A DNA stretch of 64,000 bases from an uncultured delta proteobacterium (GCA_963695875.1 CAVOID010000009.1:32001-96000); one strand, 5' to 3'. Counted from the stretch's first letter, positions 21,175-30,728 are shown. A program made the numbers and translations. Notes: a model not told the origin generated them from the letters alone.

Positions 21175-22404
21175 CTATTGAATAACTGGAAGGAGGATGC
21201 TGAAAACTGTTCCTTCTTTTTCTTTACTTTCTACATCGATCGACCCATTATGAACATGGACAATATTATGGACAATGGCAAGACCCAGGCCTGATCCCCT
21301 TTCCCTGGTACTGAAAAAAGGATCAAATATCTTTTTGAGATTCTCCCTTGGAATGCCTACTCCTGTATCAGAGATCCTGACTTCAACGTTCCTATCAACT
21401 GTAGAAACTCCTTCTCGATCACGAGATATAATTGTTTCAATCCTGAGAGATCCCCCATCCATCATGGCCTGTATGGAGTTTAATAAAATATTGAGGAATA
21501 CTTGCTTAAGCATCTCTGCATCCCCTCTTACATAGGGCTCAACGCCTGAATAACTCACCGATAGCGTTATGCCTTCCTGTTTGATAATAGGATCAGAAAA
21601 ATGAAGCACTTCCTTCATTATGCGATGAAGATTAATATTCCTCATCACGGGATTTTTTTGTGTGGTGAACATCAGGAGGTTTGAAATTTTATTGTCCATA
21701 TTTTTTACTGAAGTAATAATATGTGACAATCTACCTTGATAATTCTTATCTTTCAGATCCTTCATTAACAACGAAGCAAACAATTCTATGCTGCCAAGAG
21801 GATTTCTTATTTCATGAGCGATGTTCGCTGCCATCTCACCCATAGCGACAAGTTTTTCCGTTCGCTTTGCCATTTCTTCCAGTTTCTCGATCCTGGTAAT
21901 ATCACGCAGTATAAAGACAGTCCCTATGATCTCCCCCTTCTCGGCCCTCATGGGAGAAACGAAAATCTCTATGACCCTGTCCTTCATATTTACTTTTTTC
22001 CCGGCGTCTGCTAGGTATTCAGTACGGGGGAACACTTTCCAGTCCGCGATATTCAAGTCATCAAATAATAACTTTATGTCCTTCCCGGCGACCTTATCCT
22101 GGGAGATGCCAAAAAATATCTCAGCGCACCTGTTCAATGTCGTAATTTGCCCGTCGAGATCCGTAACAACCACACCGTTGGTAAGGCTTTCAAGTATATT
22201 TCGCAGATAATTTTTTACCTTCTCTTTTTCCTCTATTGTCTGTTTAAGTTCCTCATTTTTTAATTCCAATTCCTTGTTTATTTGTTCAAACTTCTGCTCC
22301 AGATTGGCAAAGGCTTTCTGAAGCCGCGTAGTTGCTTGATTGAATTCATTAAAGGATTTTTGTAAGAAAAGATATTGGTCGCCTGCAATTTCTGAATTAT
22401 TCAT
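21175..22404 (-). CDS. Cytoplasmic PAS sensor histidine kinase, FleS/FlrB-like
   Basis: Coiled coil plus PAS, AHEIRNPLG H-box, NSIQAM N-box, DTGVGI and GSGLGL G-boxes; no TM. Confidence 0.92.
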   Translation of the reverse strand: MNNSEIAGDQYLFLQKSFNEFNQATTRLQKAFANLEQKFEQINKELELKNEELKQTIEEKEKVKNYLRNILESLTNGVVVTDLDGQITTLNRCAEIFFGISQDKVAGKDIKLLFDDLNIADWKVFPRTEYLADAGKKVNMKDRVIEIFVSPMRAEKGEIIGTVFILRDITRIEKLEEMAKRTEKLVAMGEMAANIAHEIRNPLGSIELFASLLMKDLKDKNYQGRLSHIITSVKNMDNKISNLLMFTTQKNPVMRNINLHRIMKEVLHFSDPIIKQEGITLSVSYSGVEPYVRGDAEMLKQVFLNILLNSIQAMMDGGSLRIETIISRDREGVSTVDRNVEVRISDTGVGIPRENLKKIFDPFFSTRERGSGLGLAIVHNIVHVHNGSIDVESKEKEGTVFSILLPVIQ

Positions 22405-22436
22405 GATGATCCCATATTCTACATAACAGTTGTGCT

Positions 22437-24602
22437 TTAATTTCTGGACGAGGGATACTTTTCATTCCAGCTATATTCTCTTAAGGCGTAATCGGCAAGA
22501 GTTGACCAGAAACCTTCACCACCTTTGCTTTTCAATTCCAAGAAAGTCTTATCTACCATCTCAAGGTTTCTCAATTCTACGTACCCTTGCCCTATATTAT
22601 AGATTGACCATAAGCCTTCGGTACGCTTATCAAGCTTTGTCAGTGATTGCTTATACATGGATATCGCTTCCAGATATTTTTTTTCCTCAAACAGACAATC
22701 GCCAAGACCTCTATATGAATCAATCATGATTTTAATGGGGTACTTTTGATTTTCCCTGTTATAGACTTCTATGGCCTTTTGATAATTGACCTTCGCCAAT
22801 GGCAGCGAATTCATCGCCTTTAAACACTCAGCATAGTTTCGATAGACCGTAGCCATACCTTCAATCGCTTCGCCAGAATCCAAAACCTTGGCGTAGGCTT
22901 GTCCGGCCTTATCAAGCAGGCCCTTTTTGAAATAAACATTCCCCAGAATCCTGTTGATGTGCTTGTGTATGTTACCTTCAGACACTATAGGTTTCATCAC
23001 AACTTTACCCGGATATTTGCCCTTACGGCTGTGGGGGGTCAACCTTCTATCCGATTCTAACTGAGCCATCGACAACTGATGTAATACCCTCTCGACATTT
23101 TCATAATTTCCCCTTTCACAGTCTACGTCGGCAATAGCCAAAGCAATCTTATGCCTGTCAGCAGAACTCCCACAAGTTTTTAAAAGCTTTTCAAAGACTT
23201 CCATTGCTTCATCATAAAGTCCTACACGCCTGAGACTGTCACCCATATTGAATGCCATCTTAAAATTATCTCCGGAGATCAAACCGTTTTCCCGGGACTT
23301 AAAGTATATCTCTGAAACTGCCGGATAATCCCCCTTTGTATAATTTTCGTCTACCAACCACTCTGAAATCGCCAGGAAATACTTTAAGGCCTCTCCCTTA
23401 TATTTTCCCCGTGGAAACTGGCTCAGTAAACGACTACAGGTATCGAAGCTCTCTTTGTATCTACCATTTTTATACAGGACGTAACCCTTTTGAAACAGCA
23501 GCTCCTCAGCATAGTCACCCGATGGATGTCTTGCCAGTATATCATTATACGTCTTGAGCGGATCCTGATAATTCTGCATTCCATAGAAATGCCAGGGCAA
23601 TTTCATCCCCGGTTGCTTTACGCCTATATTGGCCATAATGATGGCGCTTTCTGAAGCTTCACGGCTGCTCGGAAATTTTTCTGTCAATAGGCTAAACATC
23701 TTGAGGGAAAGAGGAAGTTGATCCAGTTCCATAAACGAACGGGCAACGACAAAGAGAACTTCTTTGTAATTCTCTCTATCAGGATATACATTAATGTAAA
23801 AGAAAAAGATCTTCAGAGCATCGTGATATTTCATACTTTTAAAGTAATGATACCCCAGATTCAAGAGGATATCTTCGGGAATATTCCCCAAATCAGGCCA
23901 TTTTTTCAAGGCATCCCGATACCATCTTTCAGCTATCTCCTCCTGATGAATCTGAGAATAGCAATCACCGAGGTTAAAATAAGCTGTTTTTATGTATTCT
24001 CCCACAGGAAACTTATGAACATATTCTTCAAACTTTGCAGCAGCATCACTAAATTTCTTTGCTCTGTAAAGCATTTCAGCCATCCTGAATACACTCTCAG
24101 GAATATAAGGAGATTCGGGATACATGGCATAGAGATTTTCATACTCCCGCTTCGCTTCATAATAGAAATTTAAAGCCGCATAACTCTTCGCTACTCTATA
24201 TAAAGCGATAGCATTTTCATCACGAGAACCCGGGTATTTCTGCAAGATATTCTTATAAAGATCAACTGCGGTCATGAGGTCGTTATTATTCCCTTTTATA
24301 CCCAGGTAGAAATGACAGTCCGCTATACATCTCAGCACTTTTTCCTTCTTGGAAGATTCATCTGGCTCCTGTTGCAAAACCATTCTAAGCCTATCCAAAG
24401 CATCCGAATATCTACCCGATTGAAAGTCACTCATCGCCTGATTATATAAAGTATTGTCAGATTCTGTTCCATGGCTGACTGTTTTTGCCACCCCGGCCAG
24501 ACCTATATTTTTATCATGCTTATTACCATCACCGCCTTCAGTTATCCCGCTTAGCTGGCAAACAATAAATAATATTAATATGGATATTATGAATTTCTTC
24601 AT
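22437..24602 (-). CDS. Large secreted tetratricopeptide-repeat protein
   Basis: Signal peptide MKKFIISILILFIVC; many TPR/BamD-like repeats (YP.S motifs). Confidence 0.85.
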   Translation of the reverse strand: MKKFIISILILFIVCQLSGITEGGDGNKHDKNIGLAGVAKTVSHGTESDNTLYNQAMSDFQSGRYSDALDRLRMVLQQEPDESSKKEKVLRCIADCHFYLGIKGNNNDLMTAVDLYKNILQKYPGSRDENAIALYRVAKSYAALNFYYEAKREYENLYAMYPESPYIPESVFRMAEMLYRAKKFSDAAAKFEEYVHKFPVGEYIKTAYFNLGDCYSQIHQEEIAERWYRDALKKWPDLGNIPEDILLNLGYHYFKSMKYHDALKIFFFYINVYPDRENYKEVLFVVARSFMELDQLPLSLKMFSLLTEKFPSSREASESAIIMANIGVKQPGMKLPWHFYGMQNYQDPLKTYNDILARHPSGDYAEELLFQKGYVLYKNGRYKESFDTCSRLLSQFPRGKYKGEALKYFLAISEWLVDENYTKGDYPAVSEIYFKSRENGLISGDNFKMAFNMGDSLRRVGLYDEAMEVFEKLLKTCGSSADRHKIALAIADVDCERGNYENVERVLHQLSMAQLESDRRLTPHSRKGKYPGKVVMKPIVSEGNIHKHINRILGNVYFKKGLLDKAGQAYAKVLDSGEAIEGMATVYRNYAECLKAMNSLPLAKVNYQKAIEVYNRENQKYPIKIMIDSYRGLGDCLFEEKKYLEAISMYKQSLTKLDKRTEGLWSIYNIGQGYVELRNLEMVDKTFLELKSKGGEGFWSTLADYALREYSWNEKYPSSRN

Positions 24603-24740
24603 ACTTAAAATTTACAACATCTTGACAATGTGACCTGAATTGCTTTTAACTATTCAACATTCAATGTCTCCAATAACGACGACAGCTAGGACTAACAATC
24701 TAATTGATGTGTTTTTGTTGATATACCAGCTACAAACCTC

Positions 24741-24756
24741 AGCAATTTATATACCA
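24741..24756 (-). promoter_or_regulatory. sigma54 promoter for the TPR-kinase-regulator operon
   Basis: Minus strand TGGTAT-ATAAA-TTGCT. Confidence 0.75.
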
Positions 24757-24948
24757 TCTGTCTATAACTGCTTATTTCTTATAATAAACAGAAGCTTAAA
24801 AGAGTCTCATCTTTCCATCGAATTACTCTTTTACAAATCACTGATGTCAAATAGCCATCATTTTAGCCAAATTTTTGACCGAAACGTCTTCTGCTATTTC
24901 GGCCTTATAAAATATGGTTCATCTCGAAAACATTTGCTGGTAAATTCG

Positions 24949-25123
24949 GGATTCAGGGGGCCAAGAGATCAAGTATTTAAGTGAAATGCTTAGAAAATGC
25001 GCAGAAAGCTATGAGCTGTCAGTTGAAAGCTGAAAAAAGGATGTTGATAAAGAAGAGTGGATTCTCGAGGCACTTATAAATTCACCAGAAAACAAACACT
25101 CGAACCCTTGAATCCTCGGATCC
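24949..25123 (+). pseudogene. Collapsed cassette flanked by inverted 8-mer arrays; probable remnant of a four-helix-bundle (S23/IVP-like) gene
   Basis: 8-bp periodic arrays in inverted orientation at both ends; the internal frame reads MLRKCAESYELSVES*KKDVDKEEWILEALINSPENKHSNP*. Confidence 0.5.
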
Positions 25124-25220
25124 TTTTTATAACTAGATAGGAGAAGATTCTTTAATTTTGTATTCGTTTTTTTTAAGCGGGATAAAGACTAAATGGTATG
25201 AACTCTAAAACCAGTATAAC

Positions 25221-26601
25221 CTACTGGCTGATTTTAAACCTCTTTAATTTCTCAACAAAAGTTGTTCTATTTAAGTTCAGCAATTTTGCAGCCCTGTTTT
25301 TTGCACCCCCGGCTTTTTCCAGAGCCCGGGAAAGCAAGTCCTTTTCGAGGTTATCAATAAGGTCGTTATAATTGATTCCATTATCCGTTATTTCTATACC
25401 GTTGATAAAACTCCCCGCAGGGGACAACATTACTATTTTATCAGGAAGATCTGCAACCTCAATATTACCCTCCTCCTTCAAAACAACAATCATCTCTATC
25501 AAATTCTCAAGTTCTCTCACATTTCCGGGCCATGGATACCTCAGCAGGTATTCCATTGCTTCAGGAACGATTTGTTCTACGGCCTTTCTCTTTAGCTTAT
25601 CAAATTTTCGTAAAAAATGATTAGCCAACATCGGTATATCAACCCTTCTCTCTCGCAACGGAGGAAGATGAATAGGTATCACGTTAATTCGATAAAACAG
25701 ATCTTCCCGGAATCTCTTTTCTGCTATGGCTTTTTCCAAATCCTGGTTTGTTGCGGCAATAATCCTTACATCGACCTGCAGTGTCTTAACTCCCCCAATG
25801 CGCTCAAATTGCTTCTCCTGAAGTACCCTTAAGACCTTCACCTGCAGTGCAGGACTCATATCTCCGATCTCATCAAGAAATATTGTCCCTCCGTTGGCCA
25901 ATTCAAATCTGCCGATTCTGCTGCGGATGGCCCCAGTAAAAGCGCCCTTTTCATGGCCAAACAACTCACTTTCAAGAAGTTCTTCAGGAATGGCTCCACA
26001 GTTTACGGCGACGAGGGGAGAATTGATTCTTTCACTGTTGAAATGTATAGCCCTGGCAACCAATTCTTTTCCCGTACCGCTTTCACCGTAAATCATAACC
26101 GTACTGTCAGAAGAAGCAACTTTTTCAATCGTATCAAAGATCTTTTTCATCCCGTCACTGTAACCGATCATATTGCTCAAAATCGTACTTCTTTTTCAAA
26201 TTTCTCTTGAGCGCAATATTTTCTTCTCTGAGTTTCGCATAGGATAATGCTCTTTCAATTGTCAATGTCACAAGATCATCCTTCAACGGTTTTGTAATGT
26301 AGTCAAATGCGCCGAGCTTCATTGCTTCTACTGCTGTGTTTATGGTACCGTGACCGGTGATGATAATAACAATATTTTCGGGATTAATCTCTTGGATAAA
26401 CTCTAAAAGCTGAAGACCATCCAGATTTGGCATCTTTAAATCAGTAATTACAAGGTCATACTTATCTTCAATAAAGGCATCCCTGGCTTGTCTGCCATCT
26501 TCTACAGCCATAACTTCATAGCCATGTCTTCTCAGCACTTCAGAAAGATTCTCCCTGCTGAGTTCGTGGTCCTCAGCAATCAATATCTTCGCTTTTTTCA
26601 T
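25221..26601 (-). CDS. sigma54-dependent activator, FleQ/FlrA-like (REC-AAA+-HTH; frameshift ~26180)
   Basis: REC ORF 26155..26601 joins the AAA+ ORF ([35 protein letters not shown]) after removing one base. Confidence 0.9.
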
Positions 26602-26765
26602 AAAACATTCTTCAAGGTAGTTCTTAATTATGACGATATAAAAAATAGCTGCTGCTTAATAAGATAAATATGAACAAAAATAAGCCAATAGTCAAACAGA
26701 ATATTAACATAATAGTCATTTATAATTAAGTTTTTATAACCTTAATTTATTATACAAAAAAGAGC

Positions 26766-26792
26766 TAAAGTTTTTTGATTTTTTTCCGATAA
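26766..26792 (+). promoter_or_regulatory. sigma28 (FliA) promoter
   Basis: TAAA-N15-TCCGATAA versus consensus TAAA-N15-GCCGATAA. Confidence 0.8.
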
Positions 26793-26834
26793 AATAGACG
26801 AAGGATTCTAACAAATGTGTAGCAGGGTTGAACG

Positions 26835-27044
26835 ATGACAATTTCATCTTACCAGATTGATAATATACTAAAGGCATACAGCAAACATAACAAAATCAAA
26901 GCTGGTACATTACCGCAACCAGAGACTGCAAGCGGAGAAAAGTATGTCGATGTAGTCACTCTGGACTCCACAGACAAAACAGCTGTTTACGATAAAATTT
27001 CATACAGCTTGATGGAAATCCTTCTTAAATCCAATAAAAAATAA
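26835..27044 (+). CDS. Small flagellar-regulon protein (resembles the DVU0524/FlgM-associated family)
   Basis: 69 aa; MTISSYQIDNILKAYSK N-terminus and a DVVTL motif reminiscent of FlgM DxVxIS; directly behind a sigma28 promoter. Confidence 0.65.
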   Translation: MTISSYQIDNILKAYSKHNKIKAGTLPQPETASGEKYVDVVTLDSTDKTAVYDKISYSLMEILLKSNKK

Positions 27045-27063
27045 TATCTGAGAGCAATATCCT

Positions 27064-28563
27064 GTGCTTTTTTCCGCAGAAAACATGCAAGATAAATTAT
27101 GCCTGCATAAGATGAATGGCAGCTCCGTGGAAAAACAATCTATACTGGTCGTTGATGACGATATTGCAACCAGATCGCTTATTGTAGATGCCATCAGTCA
27201 GTCAGGAAACTATCGAGTAATTGAGGCTTGCGATGGCGTTGATGGTCTGGAAAAGTTGGAGGAGAACCACTTTGACCTTGTAATATGCGATATCATGATG
27301 CCCGGCATGAATGGCATGGACCTTCTGGATAGGATCAGAGAAATTAATCCTACGACGCATGTTATTCTAATTACTGCGTATCCCACAATCGACCTTACCG
27401 TCTCAGCAATAAAGACCGGCGCAGTAGATTTTCTGGCAAAACCATTTAACATCGATGACCTGCTGTGCAAAGTCGATGTCTATTTAAGGGCAAAAAACAT
27501 GTTTGGTGAATACACTAGCCAAACAATATCTCCCGTATTAACCAATAAAATAAGTGAGTTATCTACACGAAGTTATATATATGACACAATTGAACATACA
27601 AAAAACAATGATGAAATCTTTCAGGAAATGGTTAATTTAGCCCTCAAGGTCATTGGCGGGGAGGCTTGCTCCATCCTGTTATATGATAAAGATCATCAGG
27701 AATTTGATGCCATTGTTGTAAAAGGAGTATCGCAATCTATTTTCAAAAGCATAACCATACAATCAATCTATCCTATCCTTAAAGAAACAGTCCGCAGAAA
27801 AGATCCATTACTTTTAAATCTTATTGAGAATACGACATATTCATCTGTGATATGTGCTCCTTTAAAAATGAGAGACCAAGTCTTTGGTGTCATAGCTCTT
27901 TCAGGAAAGAGTAACGAACATGTATATACGGAAAGAGACCTTTACTATATTCAGAGCATCGCTAACAGAGCGTCTCTTAATATAGAAAACAGGCTTCTGT
28001 ATGAAAGTTTGTATACGAATCTTCTAAGTACCTTCCAATCTCTTGTCACATCAATTCAGGCCCGTGATTATTATACGGAAGAACATTCTATGAGGGTAAA
28101 GGCTCTTGTCATTAGAATCGCGGAAGCCATGAACTGCTCTCCTCATGAAATAGAATCGCTAAAGATAGCGTCAACCCTACACGATGTAGGAAAAATCTCG
28201 ATACCAGATAATATCCTGCTTAAACCTGGAAGGCTTACAGAAGGAGAATTCGACGTTATTAAGAACCACCCCGTTATTGGAGAAAATATTCTGAAGCCGC
28301 TTCCGATTTTAGATACTGAAAGATTAATAATCCGTCATCACCACGAACGATGGGATGGTACAGGATATCCCGACGGTCTTCATGGTTCTGATATTCCTTT
28401 TCTCTCCAGAATTATAACCGTTGTAGATGCCTTTGACGCCATGACAAACAACCGCCCATATCGAAAGGCAATGACAATAAAAGAAGCCGTCTCCGAGTTG
28501 AAGAAAAACATTAATCATCAGTTCGACGAAGAAATCGTAAACTGCTTTACAAAAATTTTATAG
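27064..28563 (+). CDS. Response regulator with REC-GAF-HD-GYP architecture (c-di-GMP phosphodiesterase)
   Basis: REC (ICDIMMPG), GAF (SVICAPL), EHSMRV, HDVGK, HHHERWDGTGYP, DAFDAMTNNRPYR. Confidence 0.92.
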   Translation: MLFSAENMQDKLCLHKMNGSSVEKQSILVVDDDIATRSLIVDAISQSGNYRVIEACDGVDGLEKLEENHFDLVICDIMMPGMNGMDLLDRIREINPTTHVILITAYPTIDLTVSAIKTGAVDFLAKPFNIDDLLCKVDVYLRAKNMFGEYTSQTISPVLTNKISELSTRSYIYDTIEHTKNNDEIFQEMVNLALKVIGGEACSILLYDKDHQEFDAIVVKGVSQSIFKSITIQSIYPILKETVRRKDPLLLNLIENTTYSSVICAPLKMRDQVFGVIALSGKSNEHVYTERDLYYIQSIANRASLNIENRLLYESLYTNLLSTFQSLVTSIQARDYYTEEHSMRVKALVIRIAEAMNCSPHEIESLKIASTLHDVGKISIPDNILLKPGRLTEGEFDVIKNHPVIGENILKPLPILDTERLIIRHHHERWDGTGYPDGLHGSDIPFLSRIITVVDAFDAMTNNRPYRKAMTIKEAVSELKKNINHQFDEEIVNCFTKIL

Positions 28564-28595
28564 TGCACTATCTATGACAGCATCGTACAAGGCTG

Positions 28596-29753
28596 TCACT
28601 GTTTCTTTTTCTTCTTTTTAGGTGAAACCTGCTCGCTCTTCTGAATATAACTGCCAGGGTAATTGCTGTCTATACTCTTGTTTTTCATGTATTTCATAGC
28701 TTCCTCACGGCTGGCAAAATGACCTACTAAAATTCTGTATAACGTCCCACCACCTTTCATATTCATTTCAGACCAGTACGCATCGATGCCTTCTTCTTTG
28801 AGTACTTTTGAATACTCCCTTGCCATCTCAACACCTCGAACAGCTTTGATCTGTATTGCAAATGGCTTGAATAACTTGGGCTTGACATTATCTGAATTAG
28901 CCTTCTTCGAACGAGCAATTTTCAGGTCTTTTTCCGGGGAGCTCTTTGTATCCACTTTTTGCAAAGTCTCCTGTTTACTCCCTCCCGCTCCCGTAATTTC
29001 TTTATCAGTTTTCGTTGTACTGACGGTATCGGAGCTTTTTGCAGTCTCCGGTTTACTCGCTGCTTGTTCAGTGATTTCTTTAGCAATCTTTGCAGCACTG
29101 GCAGCATCAACACTCTGCGAAAAAGTTATCTCTCTTACAATCTCAACTCCAACGTCACGATTTATATGCGCCCAAACAGCACCCGCCTTTTTTGCACTCA
29201 TACGGAGCATAATTTCAGCAGCCATTTTCCTATCCATCTTCTCGAATATAGCTGCCGCCTTCTCGGGAGGAGTGACTTCGTACATCTTTGCCAGCATCTG
29301 GTATTTTTTGTCTTTCTCCGCTTTTTGAACTTCGAGTGACGGCGACATATTTTCCTGAAGAACCCTGAGCGTTTCCATCTTTTCAGCAACATCCTTTTTT
29401 AGCTCCTCGATTTTACGCTCTTCTTCTTTTAGCGCTTTCTCCCGATTATCAAGCTGTTTCTGCTTTTCCAGTAAATTATTCATCAGGCCTTTTTCATGAA
29501 CCGAGGGAGATTTTGTCTCGTCTATTACAGGGACCGTTTCAGTTGTCCGAGGCTGGGCATGCACGTGGTTAACGGACCATGAAAAAGTGCCAGAGCCACC
29601 CTTTTCTAGCACTTCGTCACCCACCGGAATAAACGTGAAAGTTGCAAGAGACATGAGCACCATCATGCCACAGCTAATGATTTTTCTTTTTATCTGTATT
29701 CTTTTATCCATAATACATCCTAGAAGGAATTTTCTGATAATGTGCTCATACAA
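28596..29753 (-). CDS. MotE-like coiled-coil protein fused to a C-terminal SPOR domain (start possibly 29711)
   Basis: LAKMYEVTPPEKAAAIFEKMDRKMAAEIMLRMSAKKAGAVW (paralog of 12611..13189); C-terminal FAIQIKA...YRILVGHFASREEA SPOR motif. Confidence 0.8.
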   Translation of the reverse strand: MYEHIIRKFLLGCIMDKRIQIKRKIISCGMMVLMSLATFTFIPVGDEVLEKGGSGTFSWSVNHVHAQPRTTETVPVIDETKSPSVHEKGLMNNLLEKQKQLDNREKALKEEERKIEELKKDVAEKMETLRVLQENMSPSLEVQKAEKDKKYQMLAKMYEVTPPEKAAAIFEKMDRKMAAEIMLRMSAKKAGAVWAHINRDVGVEIVREITFSQSVDAASAAKIAKEITEQAASKPETAKSSDTVSTTKTDKEITGAGGSKQETLQKVDTKSSPEKDLKIARSKKANSDNVKPKLFKPFAIQIKAVRGVEMAREYSKVLKEEGIDAYWSEMNMKGGGTLYRILVGHFASREEAMKYMKNKSIDSNYPGSYIQKSEQVSPKKKKKKQ

Positions 29754-30060
29754 GATTTCAATCTCGTAATCAATGCCTTTTTGCTTTCTGAAAGTGTGAC
29801 ATAATAGTAAGCTCTCTTCAATGAAAATTTCTGATAATGGAATATAGATTCCGCAAAAGTTTCTCGTGTATTTTATCTTGACAACTTTTGCAAGTATCTA
29901 TAAATATACGACATAAATATATCAAATATTAGACGGAATCTCTCATTTCGATTTTTTCATCAATAAAAAAAATTCATTTTTTAAACAACAAGGATTAAGA
30001 GCAGGAATTTTAATTCAAAAAGGCAATTTTAGAATAATTTTTATGTGAAATGTATTTTAC

Positions 30061-30696
30061 ATGAATATAGGCAAAAGACAAAAAAAGTTAACAATCATCG
30101 TAATTCAGGACGAGAGGCGACTATGTTCCTTCAAGTTACCAATGAGCTTCTTAACAATCTTCCTCATAACAATCATAGGGCTAAGTATTATCTCCTTCAT
30201 CGCAGTCCTGCTTCACAATCGATTGGGAAGTTTAAACAAAGAGGAATTTACAGCCAGGGTTGAAACGCAACTAAAAGCAGTTGATGCAAGAGATAATAAA
30301 ACAGAAACTGGTAATACCCTAGGCAATACCATCGCGCTAAATTATGGTCTTTCCATAGAAAATTTTAAGGCACGCTTTGACCTTACAAAACAATCATTCC
30401 GCTATACATTTCTATTGAAAAACAAAAACTCAACGAGCACCACCGCAAATGGATATATATTTGTTATTCTAAAATCAGACGGTATGGGATCAGAACATTG
30501 GCTTGTGTATCCTCAAACTGTTCTTCTTAATGGAGTCCCACAAAATTTTAAAAATGGCGACCCTTTTTCCATCATTAAACATAAAGTCATCAATAAAAAG
30601 ATTACCACACAATATATTTATGATATTTCCGAAATATTCGTTTTTTCAAACGAAGGCAATCTTGTATTAAGAGAAATTTTTAATTTAAAAAACTAA
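30061..30696 (+). CDS. Hypothetical single-pass membrane protein
   Basis: Basic N-terminus, TM at ~aa 28-52, beta-rich C-terminal domain; no catalytic motif recognised. Confidence 0.7.
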   Translation: MNIGKRQKKLTIIVIQDERRLCSFKLPMSFLTIFLITIIGLSIISFIAVLLHNRLGSLNKEEFTARVETQLKAVDARDNKTETGNTLGNTIALNYGLSIENFKARFDLTKQSFRYTFLLKNKNSTSTTANGYIFVILKSDGMGSEHWLVYPQTVLLNGVPQNFKNGDPFSIIKHKVINKKITTQYIYDISEIFVFSNEGNLVLREIFNLKN

Positions 30697-30728
30697 TAAA
30701 ATAAGGAAAAAGCGAGGGAAAATAAGAA

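Noticed and set aside
24640..24984. 114-aa plus-strand ORF between the TPR and FleQ-like genes
   Set aside because: Overlaps the sigma54 promoter, enhancer box and repeat flank; TTG start with no motif; likely spurious
24986..25111. Selenoprotein via in-frame TGA at 25031 (genome has selB)
   Set aside because: The TGA lies inside a 7-mer tandem repeat, has no Cys-homologous context and no obvious SECIS-like hairpin directly downstream
24949..25123. CRISPR array
   Set aside because: Repeat units are 7-8 bp, degenerate and lack unique spacers; no cas genes in the window
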